Below the pieces are notes generated by a model. It was not told the DNA's origin. It saw only the letters and a program-made list of their open reading frames with translations, and ran no database searches. Source: an uncultured Acidobacteriota bacterium (GTDB lineage Bacteria > Acidobacteriota > Thermoanaerobaculia > UBA5066). From it: 64,000 nt of DNA. How positions within the stretch are numbered: the stretch's first letter is position 1; each line of letters begins with the position of its first letter. The stretch spans positions 1,376,001 through 1,440,000 of the forward strand of contig CAVZYA010000001.1 in assembly GCA_963779415.1 (NCBI GenBank), read 5' to 3'. Below are positions 29,738-40,822 of this stretch, piece by piece. A program made the translations under genes and the position numbers.

Positions 29738-31581
29738 GAAACAGCCGTTTCGCCCTCCTTCTCGCCGCCGCCGTCACCGCTTCCGCGTGCAGCTCGAGCG
29801 GGGGCGGGTTCGAGCCGATCGTCATCGACCTGACGAAGAAGAAGACGGAAGAGCCGCCGCCCGCTCCGGTGCCGGAGAAGGTGAAGGGCCTGACGCTCGA
29901 GGAGAAGGTGGGCCAGCTCTTCGTCGTCTCCGGGCGCGGAATCTTCCTGAACGAGGAGGCCCCGGCCTTCAAGGAGCTGGCCCGTCAGGTGACGCAGAAC
30001 AAGGTGGGAGGCGTCCTCTGGATGCGGTCGAACGTCTACGAGACCGCCCTCCTCAACCAGAGGCTCCAGCGGCTCGCGAAGATCCCGCTCCTCGTCTCGG
30101 CGGACCTCGAGGCCGGAGCCGGGATGCGCTTCGACGACGTGACCATGGGGCCGTGGGCGATGGCCGTCGGCGCCACCGGGGATCCTTCGCTCGAGGAGCG
30201 GCGCTCGCGCCTGACGGCGATGGCCGCCCGGGCCATCGGCATCCACCAGATCTACGCGCCGGTGGCCGACGTGAACGTCAACCCCGACAACCCGGTCATC
30301 AACGTCCGGAGCTACGGCGAGGAGCCGGCCGACGTCTCCCGTTTCGTGATCGCCGCAGTCAAGGGGTTCCAGGAGGGAGGGGTCCTCGCCACGCTGAAGC
30401 ATTTCCCCGGCCACGGGGACACCGCGGTGGACTCCCACCGCACACTTCCGGTCCTCGCCGTGGGACGCCAGCGCCTCGACGCCGTCGAGCTCGTTCCGTT
30501 CGTGGCGGGAATCAAGGCGGGGGCCCGGTCCGTCATGGTGGCGCACATCGCCCTCCCCGCAATCGACCCGACCCCGGCGCCGCCGCTCCGGGAAGGGGCG
30601 AAGGACGTCGAGTACGCCGCCACGCCGAAAGAGGTCTCCGCGGAGCCCACCGTTCCGGCGACGCTTTCGGCGCCGGTCGTGACCGAGCTCCTTCGCAACC
30701 AGCTCGGGTTCACCGGCCTCGTCGTCACGGACGCGATGTGGATGAATGGCGTCGCGGCTTACTACGAGCCGGGCGAGGCGGCCGTCCGCGCGATCCTGGC
30801 CGGCGACGACATGGTCCTGATCAAGAGTGACGCCGACGTGGCCGTGAAGGCCGTCATCGCCGCCGTGAAGTCGGGACGGATCTCCGAGAAGAAGATCAAC
30901 GACGCCGTCGAGCGGATCCTCGCCGAGAAGAAGGCCCTCGAGATTTCCGCCAAGCCCGGCCCCGACATGGCCGCCATTCCGAAGCTCGTCGGCTCCCCCG
31001 GGGAAGAGGCGCTGGAGGAGGAGATCGCCCGCCGCGCTCTCACGCTCGTCCGGGAGGAAGCGGGGGCGCTCCCGATCCGGAAGGAGGCGAAGCTCCTCTC
31101 CCTCGTCGTGGCGGACGAGGCGACGCTCACCGGGCCGGCCGGCCCGCTCACGGCCGAGCTGAAAGGGCGCTTCCCCGCCCTGAAGAGCGTCCGTCTCGAC
31201 CCGCGTTCCACTCCCGACGAGGTGAAGGCCGCCGTCGACGCCGCGCGGGAGTCGGACGCCGTCCTCGTCTCCCTCTTCGTCCGCGCCCGCTCCGGTCAGG
31301 GGCCCATCTCCGTCCCGGAGAGCGCGAAGGCCGCGGTCCCGCAGATCCTCGCGCTCGGAAAGCCCGTCTCCGCGGTCGCGTTCGGGAGTCCCTACCTCCT
31401 CCGCGACTTCCCCGACCTCAAGACGTACGTCTGCGCCTGGGGAGTGCAGGACGTCATCCAGAAGGCGGCGGCGAGAGCGCTCGCCGGCGAGGCGGGCTTC
31501 GAAGGAAAGCTCCCCGTCTCGATCCCCGGCCTCGCGAAGCGGGGCGACGGGATCGCGAAGGCCGCCTCGCCCGCGAGGTGA
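29734..31581 (+). CDS. GH3 beta-N-acetylglucosaminidase-type lipoprotein
   Basis: Lipobox ASAC; ADLEAG, KHFPGHGDTAVDSH, VVTDA. Confidence 0.9.
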   Translation: MRNSRFALLLAAAVTASACSSSGGGFEPIVIDLTKKKTEEPPPAPVPEKVKGLTLEEKVGQLFVVSGRGIFLNEEAPAFKELARQVTQNKVGGVLWMRSNVYETALLNQRLQRLAKIPLLVSADLEAGAGMRFDDVTMGPWAMAVGATGDPSLEERRSRLTAMAARAIGIHQIYAPVADVNVNPDNPVINVRSYGEEPADVSRFVIAAVKGFQEGGVLATLKHFPGHGDTAVDSHRTLPVLAVGRQRLDAVELVPFVAGIKAGARSVMVAHIALPAIDPTPAPPLREGAKDVEYAATPKEVSAEPTVPATLSAPVVTELLRNQLGFTGLVVTDAMWMNGVAAYYEPGEAAVRAILAGDDMVLIKSDADVAVKAVIAAVKSGRISEKKINDAVERILAEKKALEISAKPGPDMAAIPKLVGSPGEEALEEEIARRALTLVREEAGALPIRKEAKLLSLVVADEATLTGPAGPLTAELKGRFPALKSVRLDPRSTPDEVKAAVDAARESDAVLVSLFVRARSGQGPISVPESAKAAVPQILALGKPVSAVAFGSPYLLRDFPDLKTYVCAWGVQDVIQKAAARALAGEAGFEGKLPVSIPGLAKRGDGIAKAASPAR

Positions 31582-31585
31582 CGCG

Positions 31586-33385
31586 ATGAAGAGCCTGACG
31601 GCGCTCCTCCTCGCGGTCTCGACTCTCGCCTTCCCTCTCCGCGCCTCCGAGGCGGCGGACGTCGCCGAGGCGCGCGCCCTCTTCGAGCGGAACCTCGCGG
31701 CGATCCAGAAGCGCGACAAGGCCGCGTACCTCGCCTGCTACCTCGACGCGAAGAACCTCGTCCGTACGTCGCCCGAAGGGCCCGTCCTCGGATTCGAGGA
31801 GTTCGCCAGGCAGGCCGGCGACCGGTGGCCCGACGTTCTCGAACCGCAGGACCTCGAGCTGGTCCCCGTCCGCGACGGCGTCGTCTATGGCACGTACCGC
31901 TACCGCGTCCGCTACGGCGGCGACGAGCGCTTCGGGATCTCCGAGCGGCTCTTCGTGAAGACTCCGGCCGGCTGGAGGATCGCCGTCACCTCGGCGTTCG
32001 AGGCTCCGCCCGGCACGCCCCCTCCGCCGCGGGCGTTCGTCGGCGCCACGCTGATCGACGGAACGGGGGCGCCTCCGGTTGCGGACTCCGTCGTCCTCGT
32101 CCGGGGCGGGAAGATCGACTGCGCCGGGAGCCGCAAGGCCTGCCCGGTCCCCGACGGCGTCGCCGTCACCGACCTTCGCGGCGCCTTTCTCACTCCCGGG
32201 CTCATCGACTCCCACGTTCACTTCGCGCAGACGGGATGGGCCGACGGACGCCCCGACGCCTTCGACGTCCGCGCGACCCACCCGTACGACGAGGTGGAGA
32301 GCGGCCTCCGCGCCCACCCGGAGCGATTCTTCCGGTCGTATCTCTGCTCGGGGGTGACGGCGGTCTTCGACGTCGGCGGCTATCCGTGGTCGCTGGAGCT
32401 TCCGGCGCGCGCCGAGAACGACACGCTCGCGCCGCACGTCGCCGCCGCCGGGCCGCTCCTCTCGACGATCGACTTCTGGCTCAACGTCCCCGGCGAGCGG
32501 CAGTTTCTCTTTCTCAAAGACGAAGAATCGGCCCGGACCGGCGTGGCGTACCTCGCCTCGCGCGGCGCGCAGGCGGTGAAGGTCTGGTACATCGTGACGA
32601 AGGAGCGCCCCGTCGAGGCCTCCGCTCCGGCCGTCCTCGCGGCCGGCGCCGAGGCGAAGAAGCGGGGCCTCCCCCTGATCGTCCACGCGACGGGCCTCGC
32701 CGAGGCGAAGGTCGCCCTCCGCGCGGGAGCCTCGCTCCTCGTCCACGGCGTCTTCAGCGAGCCCGTCGACGACGAGTTCCTCGATCTCCTGAAGAAGAGC
32801 GGAGCCGTCTATTGCCCGACGATCACCGTCTCCGAGGGGTACGTGAACCTCGCGCGCGCGGCGGCCGCCGGGAAGCCCTTCGTGGCCGACGACCCGAACG
32901 GCTGCGTCGACCCGGCGACGCGCGCGCTCCTCGCCGAGACTCCCGCGATCGGCGCCGGCCTCGTCGCGGAGAAGGTGAAGGCGCGCGAGGCGCGCGTCGC
33001 CGAGTCGAAGACGGTCATGGCCGCGAACCTGAAGCGGGTCCGCGACGCGGGACTTCCGATCGCGATGGGAACCGACGCCGGAAACCCGGGGACTCTCCAC
33101 GGCATCTCCGTCTACGCCGAGATGGAGGCGATGCAGGCCGCGGGGATGGCGCCGATGGACGTGCTCGTCAGCGCGACGCGCGTCGGCGCGCGGGCGATGG
33201 GGCGCGAGAAGGAGATCGGGACGATCGAGAAGGGGAAGCTCGCCGATCTCCTCGTCCTCGGCGCCGATCCTTCGGCCGACATCGCGAACGCCCGGAAGGT
33301 GAAGGGAGTCGTCCGCGGCGGCGTCTATCGGACGAGCGACGAGCTGCGCGCGCTCGTTCGGGGCGCGTCGCACCCCGCGCCGTAA
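31586..33385 (+). CDS. exported amidohydrolase with N-terminal NTF2/DUF4440-like domain
   Basis: PGLIDSHVH, IVHA, GTDAGN, GKLADL. Confidence 0.85.
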   Translation: MKSLTALLLAVSTLAFPLRASEAADVAEARALFERNLAAIQKRDKAAYLACYLDAKNLVRTSPEGPVLGFEEFARQAGDRWPDVLEPQDLELVPVRDGVVYGTYRYRVRYGGDERFGISERLFVKTPAGWRIAVTSAFEAPPGTPPPPRAFVGATLIDGTGAPPVADSVVLVRGGKIDCAGSRKACPVPDGVAVTDLRGAFLTPGLIDSHVHFAQTGWADGRPDAFDVRATHPYDEVESGLRAHPERFFRSYLCSGVTAVFDVGGYPWSLELPARAENDTLAPHVAAAGPLLSTIDFWLNVPGERQFLFLKDEESARTGVAYLASRGAQAVKVWYIVTKERPVEASAPAVLAAGAEAKKRGLPLIVHATGLAEAKVALRAGASLLVHGVFSEPVDDEFLDLLKKSGAVYCPTITVSEGYVNLARAAAAGKPFVADDPNGCVDPATRALLAETPAIGAGLVAEKVKAREARVAESKTVMAANLKRVRDAGLPIAMGTDAGNPGTLHGISVYAEMEAMQAAGMAPMDVLVSATRVGARAMGREKEIGTIEKGKLADLLVLGADPSADIANARKVKGVVRGGVYRTSDELRALVRGASHPAP

Positions 33386-33421
33386 CATGACGACACGACG
33401 TCATCTTCACGAGACGGAATC

Positions 33422-33610
33422 ATGAAGAACATCACGGAGCTCGTGTCGTTCGCACTCGCCGCGCTCCTGCTTCTCTACGCAGGCCTGTCGCCGGCCCTTG
33501 AAGGCCGCCCACCCAATGTCGTCTTCCTCAGCCTCGCCGTCCTGTCCGTCGTCCTTTTCATCGCCATGTTGAAGAAGGCCAACCGTGATTCGCGGCCTCG
33601 GAGTCAGTGA
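33422..33610 (+). CDS. small two-TM hypothetical protein
   Basis: 62 aa, two hydrophobic segments, GGA upstream. Confidence 0.5.
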   Translation: MKNITELVSFALAALLLLYAGLSPALEGRPPNVVFLSLAVLSVVLFIAMLKKANRDSRPRSQ

Positions 33611-33711
33611 TTCGTTCCGTGGAAGTCCGACCGCTGCGTGTCTTCCCGCAGCGGTGAACGAGCGCACCGAAGAGCCAACCGACTTCTAAACCGACCTCGT
33701 CCGGCCCCGAC

Positions 33712-33740
33712 TTGAAGCGGCGGGCGCGAATGCGTAGGAT
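33712..33740 (+). promoter_or_regulatory. putative sigma-70 promoter for gltBD
   Basis: TTGAAG-17 bp-TAGGAT. Confidence 0.45.
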
Positions 33741-33849
33741 TCGTCGATGGAGACGATCTTCCCTTGCAGGGACCGATGCGCGGCGCGAAAGCGGTTCGCA
33801 TCGAAGGCGTGCCCTCGTCGGAAGATTCCGACCTGCTGACGGGGGTGAG

Positions 33850-36800
33850 ATGACCGCCCCCGGCCTTCCCCCCCGACAGGGTCTCTATGATCCGTCTTTC
33901 GAGCACGACGCCTGCGGGTTCGGCTTCGTCGTCGACCTTTCGGCCCGGCCGTCACACGACATCATCCGCAAGGCGCTCCAGGTCCTCTCGAACCTCGAGC
34001 ACCGGGGCGCCTCGGGGAGCGAGAAGAACAGCGGCGACGGCGCCGGCCTCCTGACGCAGATCCCCCACGCGTTCCTCTCCGCGAAATGCCGCGGCCTCGG
34101 ATTCGCCCTCCCGGAGCCCGGATGCTACGGCGTCGGGACGGTCTTCCTCCCGACCGAGGCTTCGAGCCGCCAGCTCTGCGAGAGGCGCTTCGAAGAGGTC
34201 GCGCGGGAGGAAGGGCTCTCCGTCCTCGGCTGGCGCGACGTCCCGATCGACGACGCGACGCTCGGGCCGACGGCGCGCGGGAGCCGGCCCGTCATCCGGC
34301 AGCTCTTCGTCGCGCGCGGAGAGTCGGCTATGGGCGGCGACGACTTCGAACGGAAGCTCTATGTCGTCCGCCGCCTCGTCGAGAAGGCCGTCAGCCGTTC
34401 GGCGATTCCCGGGCGCGCGGACTTCTACGTCGCGAGCCTGTCGCACCGGACGGTCGTCTACAAGGGAATGCTGAACGCCGACCAGCTCGCGGCGTTCTTT
34501 CCGGACCTCCGGGACGACGGGCTCGCCGCCTCGCTCGCGATGGTCCACTCGCGCTTCTCGACGAACACCTTCCCGAGCTGGTCGCGCGCCCACCCCTACC
34601 GCTACATCTCGCACAACGGCGAGATCAACACGCTGCGCGGAAACGTCAACTGGATGCAGGCCCGGCAGCGGATGTTCTCCTCCCGCCTCTTCGGGGACGA
34701 CCTGATGAAGGTCCTCCCCGTCATCGACGTCGAGGGGTCGGACTCCGCGATGTTCGACAACGTCCTCGAGCTTCTCGTCCTCGCCGGCCGGTCGCTGCCG
34801 CACGCCCTCGCGATGATGATTCCCGAGCCATGGAGCAAGCACGAGTCGATGAGCCCGGAGCTGAAGGCGTTCTACGAGTTCCACTCCTGCTTCATGGAGC
34901 CGTGGGACGGGCCCGCCTCGATCGCCTTCACGGACGGCCGGCGGATCGGCGCCGTCCTCGACCGGAACGGGCTCCGTCCCTCGCGCTGGCTCGAGACGAA
35001 GGACGGGTTCGTCGTCATGGCCTCGGAGGCGGGCGTCCTCGACATCCCCCCCGAGAAGGTGCTCCGGAAGGGGCGCCTCCAGCCGGGCCGGATGTTCCTC
35101 GTCGACCTCGCGGAAGGGCGGATCGTCCCCGACGAAGAGATCAAGAGCGGCCTCGCGAACGCGGCCCCTTACGCCCTCTGGCTGGAGGAGCACCTCGTCC
35201 GGCTGCACGACCTCCCCGAGCCTCCCGACGTCATCGAGCCCGACCACGAGACGGTCCTCCGGCGGCAGGAGACGTTCGGCTACACGCTGGAGGACGTCCG
35301 GCTCGTCATCGACCCGATGGCCGCGAGCGGGACCGAGCCGATCGGCTCGATGGGGACCGACATTCCGCTCGCCGTCCTCTCCGAGCGGCCGCAGCTCCTC
35401 TACGACTACTTCAAGCAGCTCTTCGCGCAGGTGACGAACCCGCCGGTCGACGCGGACCGCGAGACGATCGTCATGGACGTCGATACCGCGATCGGCCCGG
35501 AGGAGAACCTCCTCGAGCCGAGCCCGGCCGCGGCGCTCCACTTCGAGCTGCCGACGCCGGTCCTCCTGAACGTCGAGCTGGAGAAGATCCGCTCCCTCGA
35601 CGGGAAGGAGGGGTCGAAGGGGTTCCGGTCGATCACCCTCCCGATGCTCTTCAAGGTCCACGACGGCGGCAAGGGGCTGCGCAAGGCGATCGAGGATCTC
35701 CGGCGCCGGGCGAGCGAGGCGATCGCCGAGGGGCACAACATCCTGATCCTCTCGGACCGGGGACACGACGAGACCGACGCGCCGATCCCGGCGCTCCTCG
35801 CGCTGGCCGCCGTGCAGCACCACCTGCTGCGCGAAGGGTCGCGGACGCGGGTGGGGCTCGTCCTCGAGAGCGGCGAGCCGCGAGAGGTCCACCACTTCTG
35901 CCTCCTGATCGGCTACGGCGCGAGCGCGATCAACCCGTACCTCGCCTTCGAGACGATCCACGACCAGGTCCGGCAGGGAATCCTCGAGGGGTCCGCCGAG
36001 GAGGCCGAGAAGAGCTTCGTCAAGGCGGTGAACAAGGGGCTCGTGAAGGTCATCTCCAAGATGGGGATCTCCACGGTCCAGAGCTACCACGGGGCGCAGG
36101 TCTTCGAGGCGCTCGGCCTCTCGCAGGACTTCGTCGACGAGTACTTCACCGGGACGCCGACACGGATCGGCGGCATCGGTATTGATGCGATAGCCCGCGA
36201 GGTGCGGCTCCGCCACGAGTGGGCGTATCCGAATCGTCCCGTCTTCCACACGACGCTCGGGACCGGGGGGCCGCTACCAGTACCGGCGCGACGGCGAGGA
36301 CCATCTCAACACTCCCGAAGCCATCCATTTCCTCCAGTCCGCCTGCCGGACCGGGGACTACAAGCTCTTCAAGAAGTACAGCGATCTCGTGAACCGGCAG
36401 GGGAAGCACCCGGTCACCCTCCGGGGGCTGATGGACTTCCGCCCTCTCGCGAAGTCCGTCCCGCTCGAGGAGGTGGATTCCGTCCCGTCGATCCTCGCGC
36501 GCTTCAAGACGGGCGCCATGTCGTACGGCTCCATCAGCCAGGAGGCCCACGAGGCGCTCGCCGTCGCCATGAACCGGATCGGCGGCCGGAGCAACACGGG
36601 CGAAGGGGGCGAGGACCCGGCCCGGTACGAGCCGCTTCTCGGCGGCGACTCGAAGAACAGCGCGATCAAGCAGGTCGCGTCCGGGCGGTTCGGGGTGACG
36701 AGTCAGTACCTCGTCAAGGCCCGCGAGATCCAGATCAAGATGGCGCAGGGGGCCAAGCCCGGCGAAGGGGGACAGCTCCCGGGCCACAAGGTCTATCCGT

Positions 36801-38458
36801 GGATCGCGAAGGTGCGGCACGCGACGCCCGGCGTCGGCCTCATCTCGCCCCCGCCTCACCACGACATCTACTCCATCGAGGATCTCGCCCAGTTGATCCA
36901 CGACCTGAAGAACGCGAACGAGGGGGCGCGGATCAGCGTGAAGCTCGTCGCCGAAGCCGGGGTCGGGACGATCGCGGCCGGCGTGGCGAAGGCGCACGCG
37001 GACGTGATCCTCATCAGCGGCCACGACGGCGGAACGGGGGCCTCGTCCCTCACGAGCATCCAGCACGCCGGAATCCCGTGGGAGCTGGGGCTCGCCGAGG
37101 CGCACCAGGTCCTCGTCCTGAACAACCTCCGGAGCCGTGTCGCGCTGGAGGCCGACGGCCAGCTCAAGACGGGGCGGGACGTCGTCATCGCGGCCCTCCT
37201 CGGCGCCGAGGAGTTCGGCTTCGCGACGGCTCCGCTCATCGCCCTCGGCTGCATCATGATGAGGGCCTGCCACCTGAACACCTGTCCCGTCGGCGTGGCG
37301 ACGCAGGACCCGTACCTCCGGAAGCGCTTCCCCGGCGACCCGCAGCACGTCGTCAACTTCATGACCTTCGTCGCCATGGAGGTCCGGGAGCTGATGGCGC
37401 ACCTCGGCTACACCTCCTTCGACAAGATGGTCGGGCGGAGCGAGCGGATCGAGATGCGCCGCGCCGTCGACCACTGGAAGGCGAGGAACCTCGACTTCTC
37501 CCGGATCCTCTTCAAGCCGAGCGTTCCGAAGGACGTGAAGCGGACCTTCCGGTTCCCGCAGGAGCACGGCCTCGAGGAGGCGCTCGACCGGACGACCCTG
37601 ATCCCTCTCTGCCGCCCCGCCCTCGAGAACCGGACCCCGGTCTCGGCGACCCTCCCGATCCAGAACGGAAACCGGGTCGTCGGGACGATGCTCGGGAGCG
37701 AGCTGACGAGACGGTGGGGGGCGGAGGGGCTTCCGGACGACACGATCCGCCTCAGGTTCCAGGGGTCGGCCGGACAGAGCTTCGGCGCGTTCATCCCGCG
37801 CGGAATCACGCTCCTTCTGGAAGGGGACGCGAACGACTACATCGGCAAGGGGATCTCGGGGGGGAAGATCGTCGTCGTCCCTCCCGCCGGCAGTACCTTC
37901 GTTCCCGAAGACAACGTCATCATCGGGAACGTCGCGTTCTACGGCGGCACGGCGGGGGAGGCGTTCGTCCGGGGGGTCGCGGGAGAGCGTTTCTGCGTCC
38001 GCAACAGCGGCGTCACCGCCGTCGTCGAGGCGATCGGCGACCACGGCTGCGAGTACATGACCGGCGGGCAGGTCGTCGTCCTAGGGGCCACCGGCCGGAA
38101 CTTCGGGGCCGGGATGTCGGGGGGCGTGGCGTGGGTGCTGGATGAGAAGGGCGACTTCGCGATGCGCTGCAACACGGAGCTCGTCAGTCTCTCCGCGGTG
38201 TCGGACTCCACGGCGGAGGGGATTCTCAAAGAGCTGGTCCGCCGGCACGCCGCGGCGACGCAGAGCGCGCGGGCGAAGAGGATGCTCGAGGAGTGGGACG
38301 CCTGGCTCGGGAAGTTCGTCCAGGTCCTCCCGAACGACTACCGGCGCGTCCTCGAGGCGCAGGCCCGGATGCGCGAGCGCGGGCTCCCGGAGGACGAAGC
38401 CGTCCTCGCGGCGTTCGAGGAGAACGCGCGAAGCCCCGTCCGGGTGAGCGGGAGCTGA
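33850..38458 (+). CDS. gltB: glutamate synthase large subunit; frameshift in a G run at 36265-36270
   Basis: [24 protein letters not shown]; after the shift [33 protein letters not shown]. Confidence 0.95.
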
Positions 38459-38460
38459 AG

Positions 38461-39948
38461 ATGGGCAAGCTGACCGGATTTCTCGAGTACCGGCGCGAGT
38501 CCCCCGCCTCCCGCAAGCCCGAGGAGCGGGTGAACGACTGGGAAGAGACGCACCTCCACGTCCCCGAGGAGACCCTCCGCCGGCAGGGGGCGCGCTGCAT
38601 GGACTGCGGGACGCCCTTTTGCCACACCGGAAAGCTCATCGGCGGGATGGCCTCCGGCTGCCCCGTCCACAACCTGATCCCGGACTGGAACGACCTGATC
38701 TGGCGCGGCCAGTGGAAGGAGGCGGCCATCCGCCTCCACCAGACGAACAACTTCCCCGAGTTCACGGGGCGCGTCTGTCCCGCTCCGTGCGAAGGCTCCT
38801 GCACGGTCGGCCTCGACGGCGACCCCGTAACGATCAAGTCGATCGAGATGGAGATCGCCGACCGCGCCTTCGAGGAGGGATGGGTCGACGCGGGGGTCCC
38901 CGCGACGCGGACCGGGAAGAAGGTCGCGATCGTCGGCTCCGGCCCGGCGGGGCTCGCGGCCGCCTCGCAGCTGAACCGGGCCGGGCACACCGTCACCGTC
39001 TTCGAGCGGGCCGACAGGGTCGGCGGCCTCCTGATGTACGGCATTCCGAACATGAAGCTCGAAAAGAAGCTCGTCGAGCGGCGCGTCCGGCTGATGGCCG
39101 ACGCGGGGATCCGCTTCGTCACGGGGGTCGAGATCGGGCGCGACGTCCCGTCGCAGAGCCTCCTTTCCGACTGGGACGCCGCCGTCCTCTGCTGCGGCGC
39201 CGCCCAGGCGCGGGAGCTTCCGATCGAGGGAAGGAGCCTCTCCGGCATCCACCTCGCGATGGAGTTCCTCCACGCGAACACGAAGAGCTTCCTCGACTCC
39301 GGCCACGCCGACGGCGAGTTCATCAGCGCGAAAGGCAAGCAAGTCGTCGTGATCGGCGGCGGCGACACCGGGACCGACTGCGTCGGGACGGTCCTGCGCC
39401 ACGGCGCGGAGAGCATCGTCCAGCTCGAGATCCTCCCCCGCCCGCCCGAGAGGCGCGCCCCCGACAACCCGTGGCCGCAGTGGCCGAAGACCTACAGGCT
39501 CGACTACGGGCAGGAGGAGGCGGCCGCGCTGCAGGGCTCGGACCCGCGCCTCTACTCCATCCAGACGAGGCGCTTCGTCGGCGACGCGGAAGGACGCGTC
39601 CAGGAGGTTCACACCGTCGACATCGACTGGCGGCGCGACGCCGAGGGGCGGATCCACCTCGTCGAGATCCCGGGGAGCGAGCGCGTCTTCCCGGCCGAGC
39701 TGGTCCTCCTCGCCCTCGGCTTCCTCGGCCCCGAGAGGAAGGGGCCCATCCTCGACCTCGGCGTCAAGCTCGACGAGCGCGGCAACGTCGTCGTCGACGG
39801 CGAGCGGATGACCAGCGTCCCCGGCCTCTTCGCCGCCGGCGACATGGTCCGCGGCCAGTCCCTCGTCGTCTGGGCCATCGAGGAAGGCCGCAAGGCCGCC
39901 CGCGGCGTCGACAAGTACCTGATGTACGGGGAGACCTACCTCCCCTGA
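38461..39948 (+). CDS. gltD: glutamate synthase small subunit
   Basis: [43 protein letters not shown]. Confidence 0.95.
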   Translation: MGKLTGFLEYRRESPASRKPEERVNDWEETHLHVPEETLRRQGARCMDCGTPFCHTGKLIGGMASGCPVHNLIPDWNDLIWRGQWKEAAIRLHQTNNFPEFTGRVCPAPCEGSCTVGLDGDPVTIKSIEMEIADRAFEEGWVDAGVPATRTGKKVAIVGSGPAGLAAASQLNRAGHTVTVFERADRVGGLLMYGIPNMKLEKKLVERRVRLMADAGIRFVTGVEIGRDVPSQSLLSDWDAAVLCCGAAQARELPIEGRSLSGIHLAMEFLHANTKSFLDSGHADGEFISAKGKQVVVIGGGDTGTDCVGTVLRHGAESIVQLEILPRPPERRAPDNPWPQWPKTYRLDYGQEEAAALQGSDPRLYSIQTRRFVGDAEGRVQEVHTVDIDWRRDAEGRIHLVEIPGSERVFPAELVLLALGFLGPERKGPILDLGVKLDERGNVVVDGERMTSVPGLFAAGDMVRGQSLVVWAIEEGRKAARGVDKYLMYGETYLP

Positions 39949-39998
39949 CCGACCCGTTCTCATCTCTCCGAGGCAAGAGCCGTAAGATAAGGGCTGCC

Positions 39999-40256
39999 AT
40001 GAGTCGAGCCGCTGCGAGAAAGCCTCGAGCCTCCGTGAGCGAAACCGCACTAGATCGAGCTCTCCACGGCGAGCGGGTCGTCCTGCGTCAGGGGAACAGG
40101 GCTGTTGCCGCCGTCGTCCCCATCGCGGACCTCCGGCGGCTGCAGAAGCTCGAAGACGAACAGGACCTCAAGGACATCCGCTCCGCGCGCCTCGAGATGA
40201 AGCGGAAGGGGACGGTCCCCTGGGAAAAGGTCAAGACGGACCTCGGGCTGAAGTAG
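39999..40256 (+). CDS. type II antitoxin (Phd/YefM-like)
   Basis: GERVVL...VAAVVPIADLRRL...VPWEKVKTDLGL; directly upstream of the toxin. Confidence 0.8.
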   Translation: MSRAAARKPRASVSETALDRALHGERVVLRQGNRAVAAVVPIADLRRLQKLEDEQDLKDIRSARLEMKRKGTVPWEKVKTDLGLK

Positions 40257-40259
40257 TTC

Positions 40260-40520
40260 GTGGCGGCCTACCGGCTGGAACTCTCACCCCGGGCCATCCG
40301 TGACCTGAAGAAGCTCCCTCCCCAGGTCCAAGTCCGCCTGAAAGGGCACATCGACGCTCTCGCAGCGAACCCGCGTCCGCGCGGCATCTCGAAGCTCAAA
40401 AACGACGTTAACGCCTACCGCATCCGCGTCGGCGACTACCGCGTCCTCTTCGAGATTCACGACCCGGTGCTTCTGGTGATCGTCCTGAAGATCGCCGATC
40501 GAAAGGAGGCCTATCGGTGA
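40260..40520 (+). CDS. RelE/ParE family toxin
   Basis: YRLELSPRAIRDLKKL..NPRP..YRIRVGDYRVLFEI..IADRKEAYR. Confidence 0.9.
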   Translation: MAAYRLELSPRAIRDLKKLPPQVQVRLKGHIDALAANPRPRGISKLKNDVNAYRIRVGDYRVLFEIHDPVLLVIVLKIADRKEAYR

Positions 40521-40573
40521 GCACCCGACAGCGCCTCGCGGTCGTCAATGTCCAGCAGCAGAGTACCGATCAT

Positions 40574-40608
40574 GGACCTGACCCAATCGTCCGTGACCCT
40601 ATCGTCCG
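40574..40608 (+). repeat. REP motif GGACCTGACCC with 2x15-bp tandem TGACCC(A/T)ATCGTCCG
   Basis: Units 40579-40593 and 40594-40608. Confidence 0.8.
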
Positions 40609-40609
40609 C

Positions 40610-40693
40610 GTCGTCTGGGCCATCGAGGAAGGCCGCAAAGCCGCCCAAGGCGTCGACAAGAACCTCATGTACGGGGAGACATATCTGGCGTGA
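40610..40693 (+). pseudogene. second copy of the gltD 3' end
   Basis: Encodes [27 protein letters not shown] versus glt[28 protein letters not shown]. Confidence 0.9.
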
Positions 40694-40735
40694 GGAGCTG
40701 ACTTGTTGAGGACTCGGCCACTGAATCGCAACTTA

Positions 40736-40806
40736 GCAGACCTGACCCTACAAGCTACAAGTTTGCAGACCTGACCCTACAAGCTCTCTGACCCTACAAG
40801 CTCTCT
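40736..40806 (+). repeat. Triple REP motif: GCAGACCTGACCCTACAAGCT x2 plus TGACCCTACAAGCTCTC
   Basis: Read directly; 17-bp units 40772-40788 and 40789-40805. Confidence 0.85.
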
Positions 40807-40822
40807 CCGGCGGCCGCTGGCC

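Noticed and set aside
36260-36275. gltB frameshift as a programmed frameshift or phase variation
   Set aside because: One extra G in a homopolymer of an otherwise intact gene; other single-base indels in the window point to sequencing error.
40574-40806. Repeat cluster as a CRISPR array
   Set aside because: No regular repeat-spacer periodicity, no unique spacers, no cas genes.
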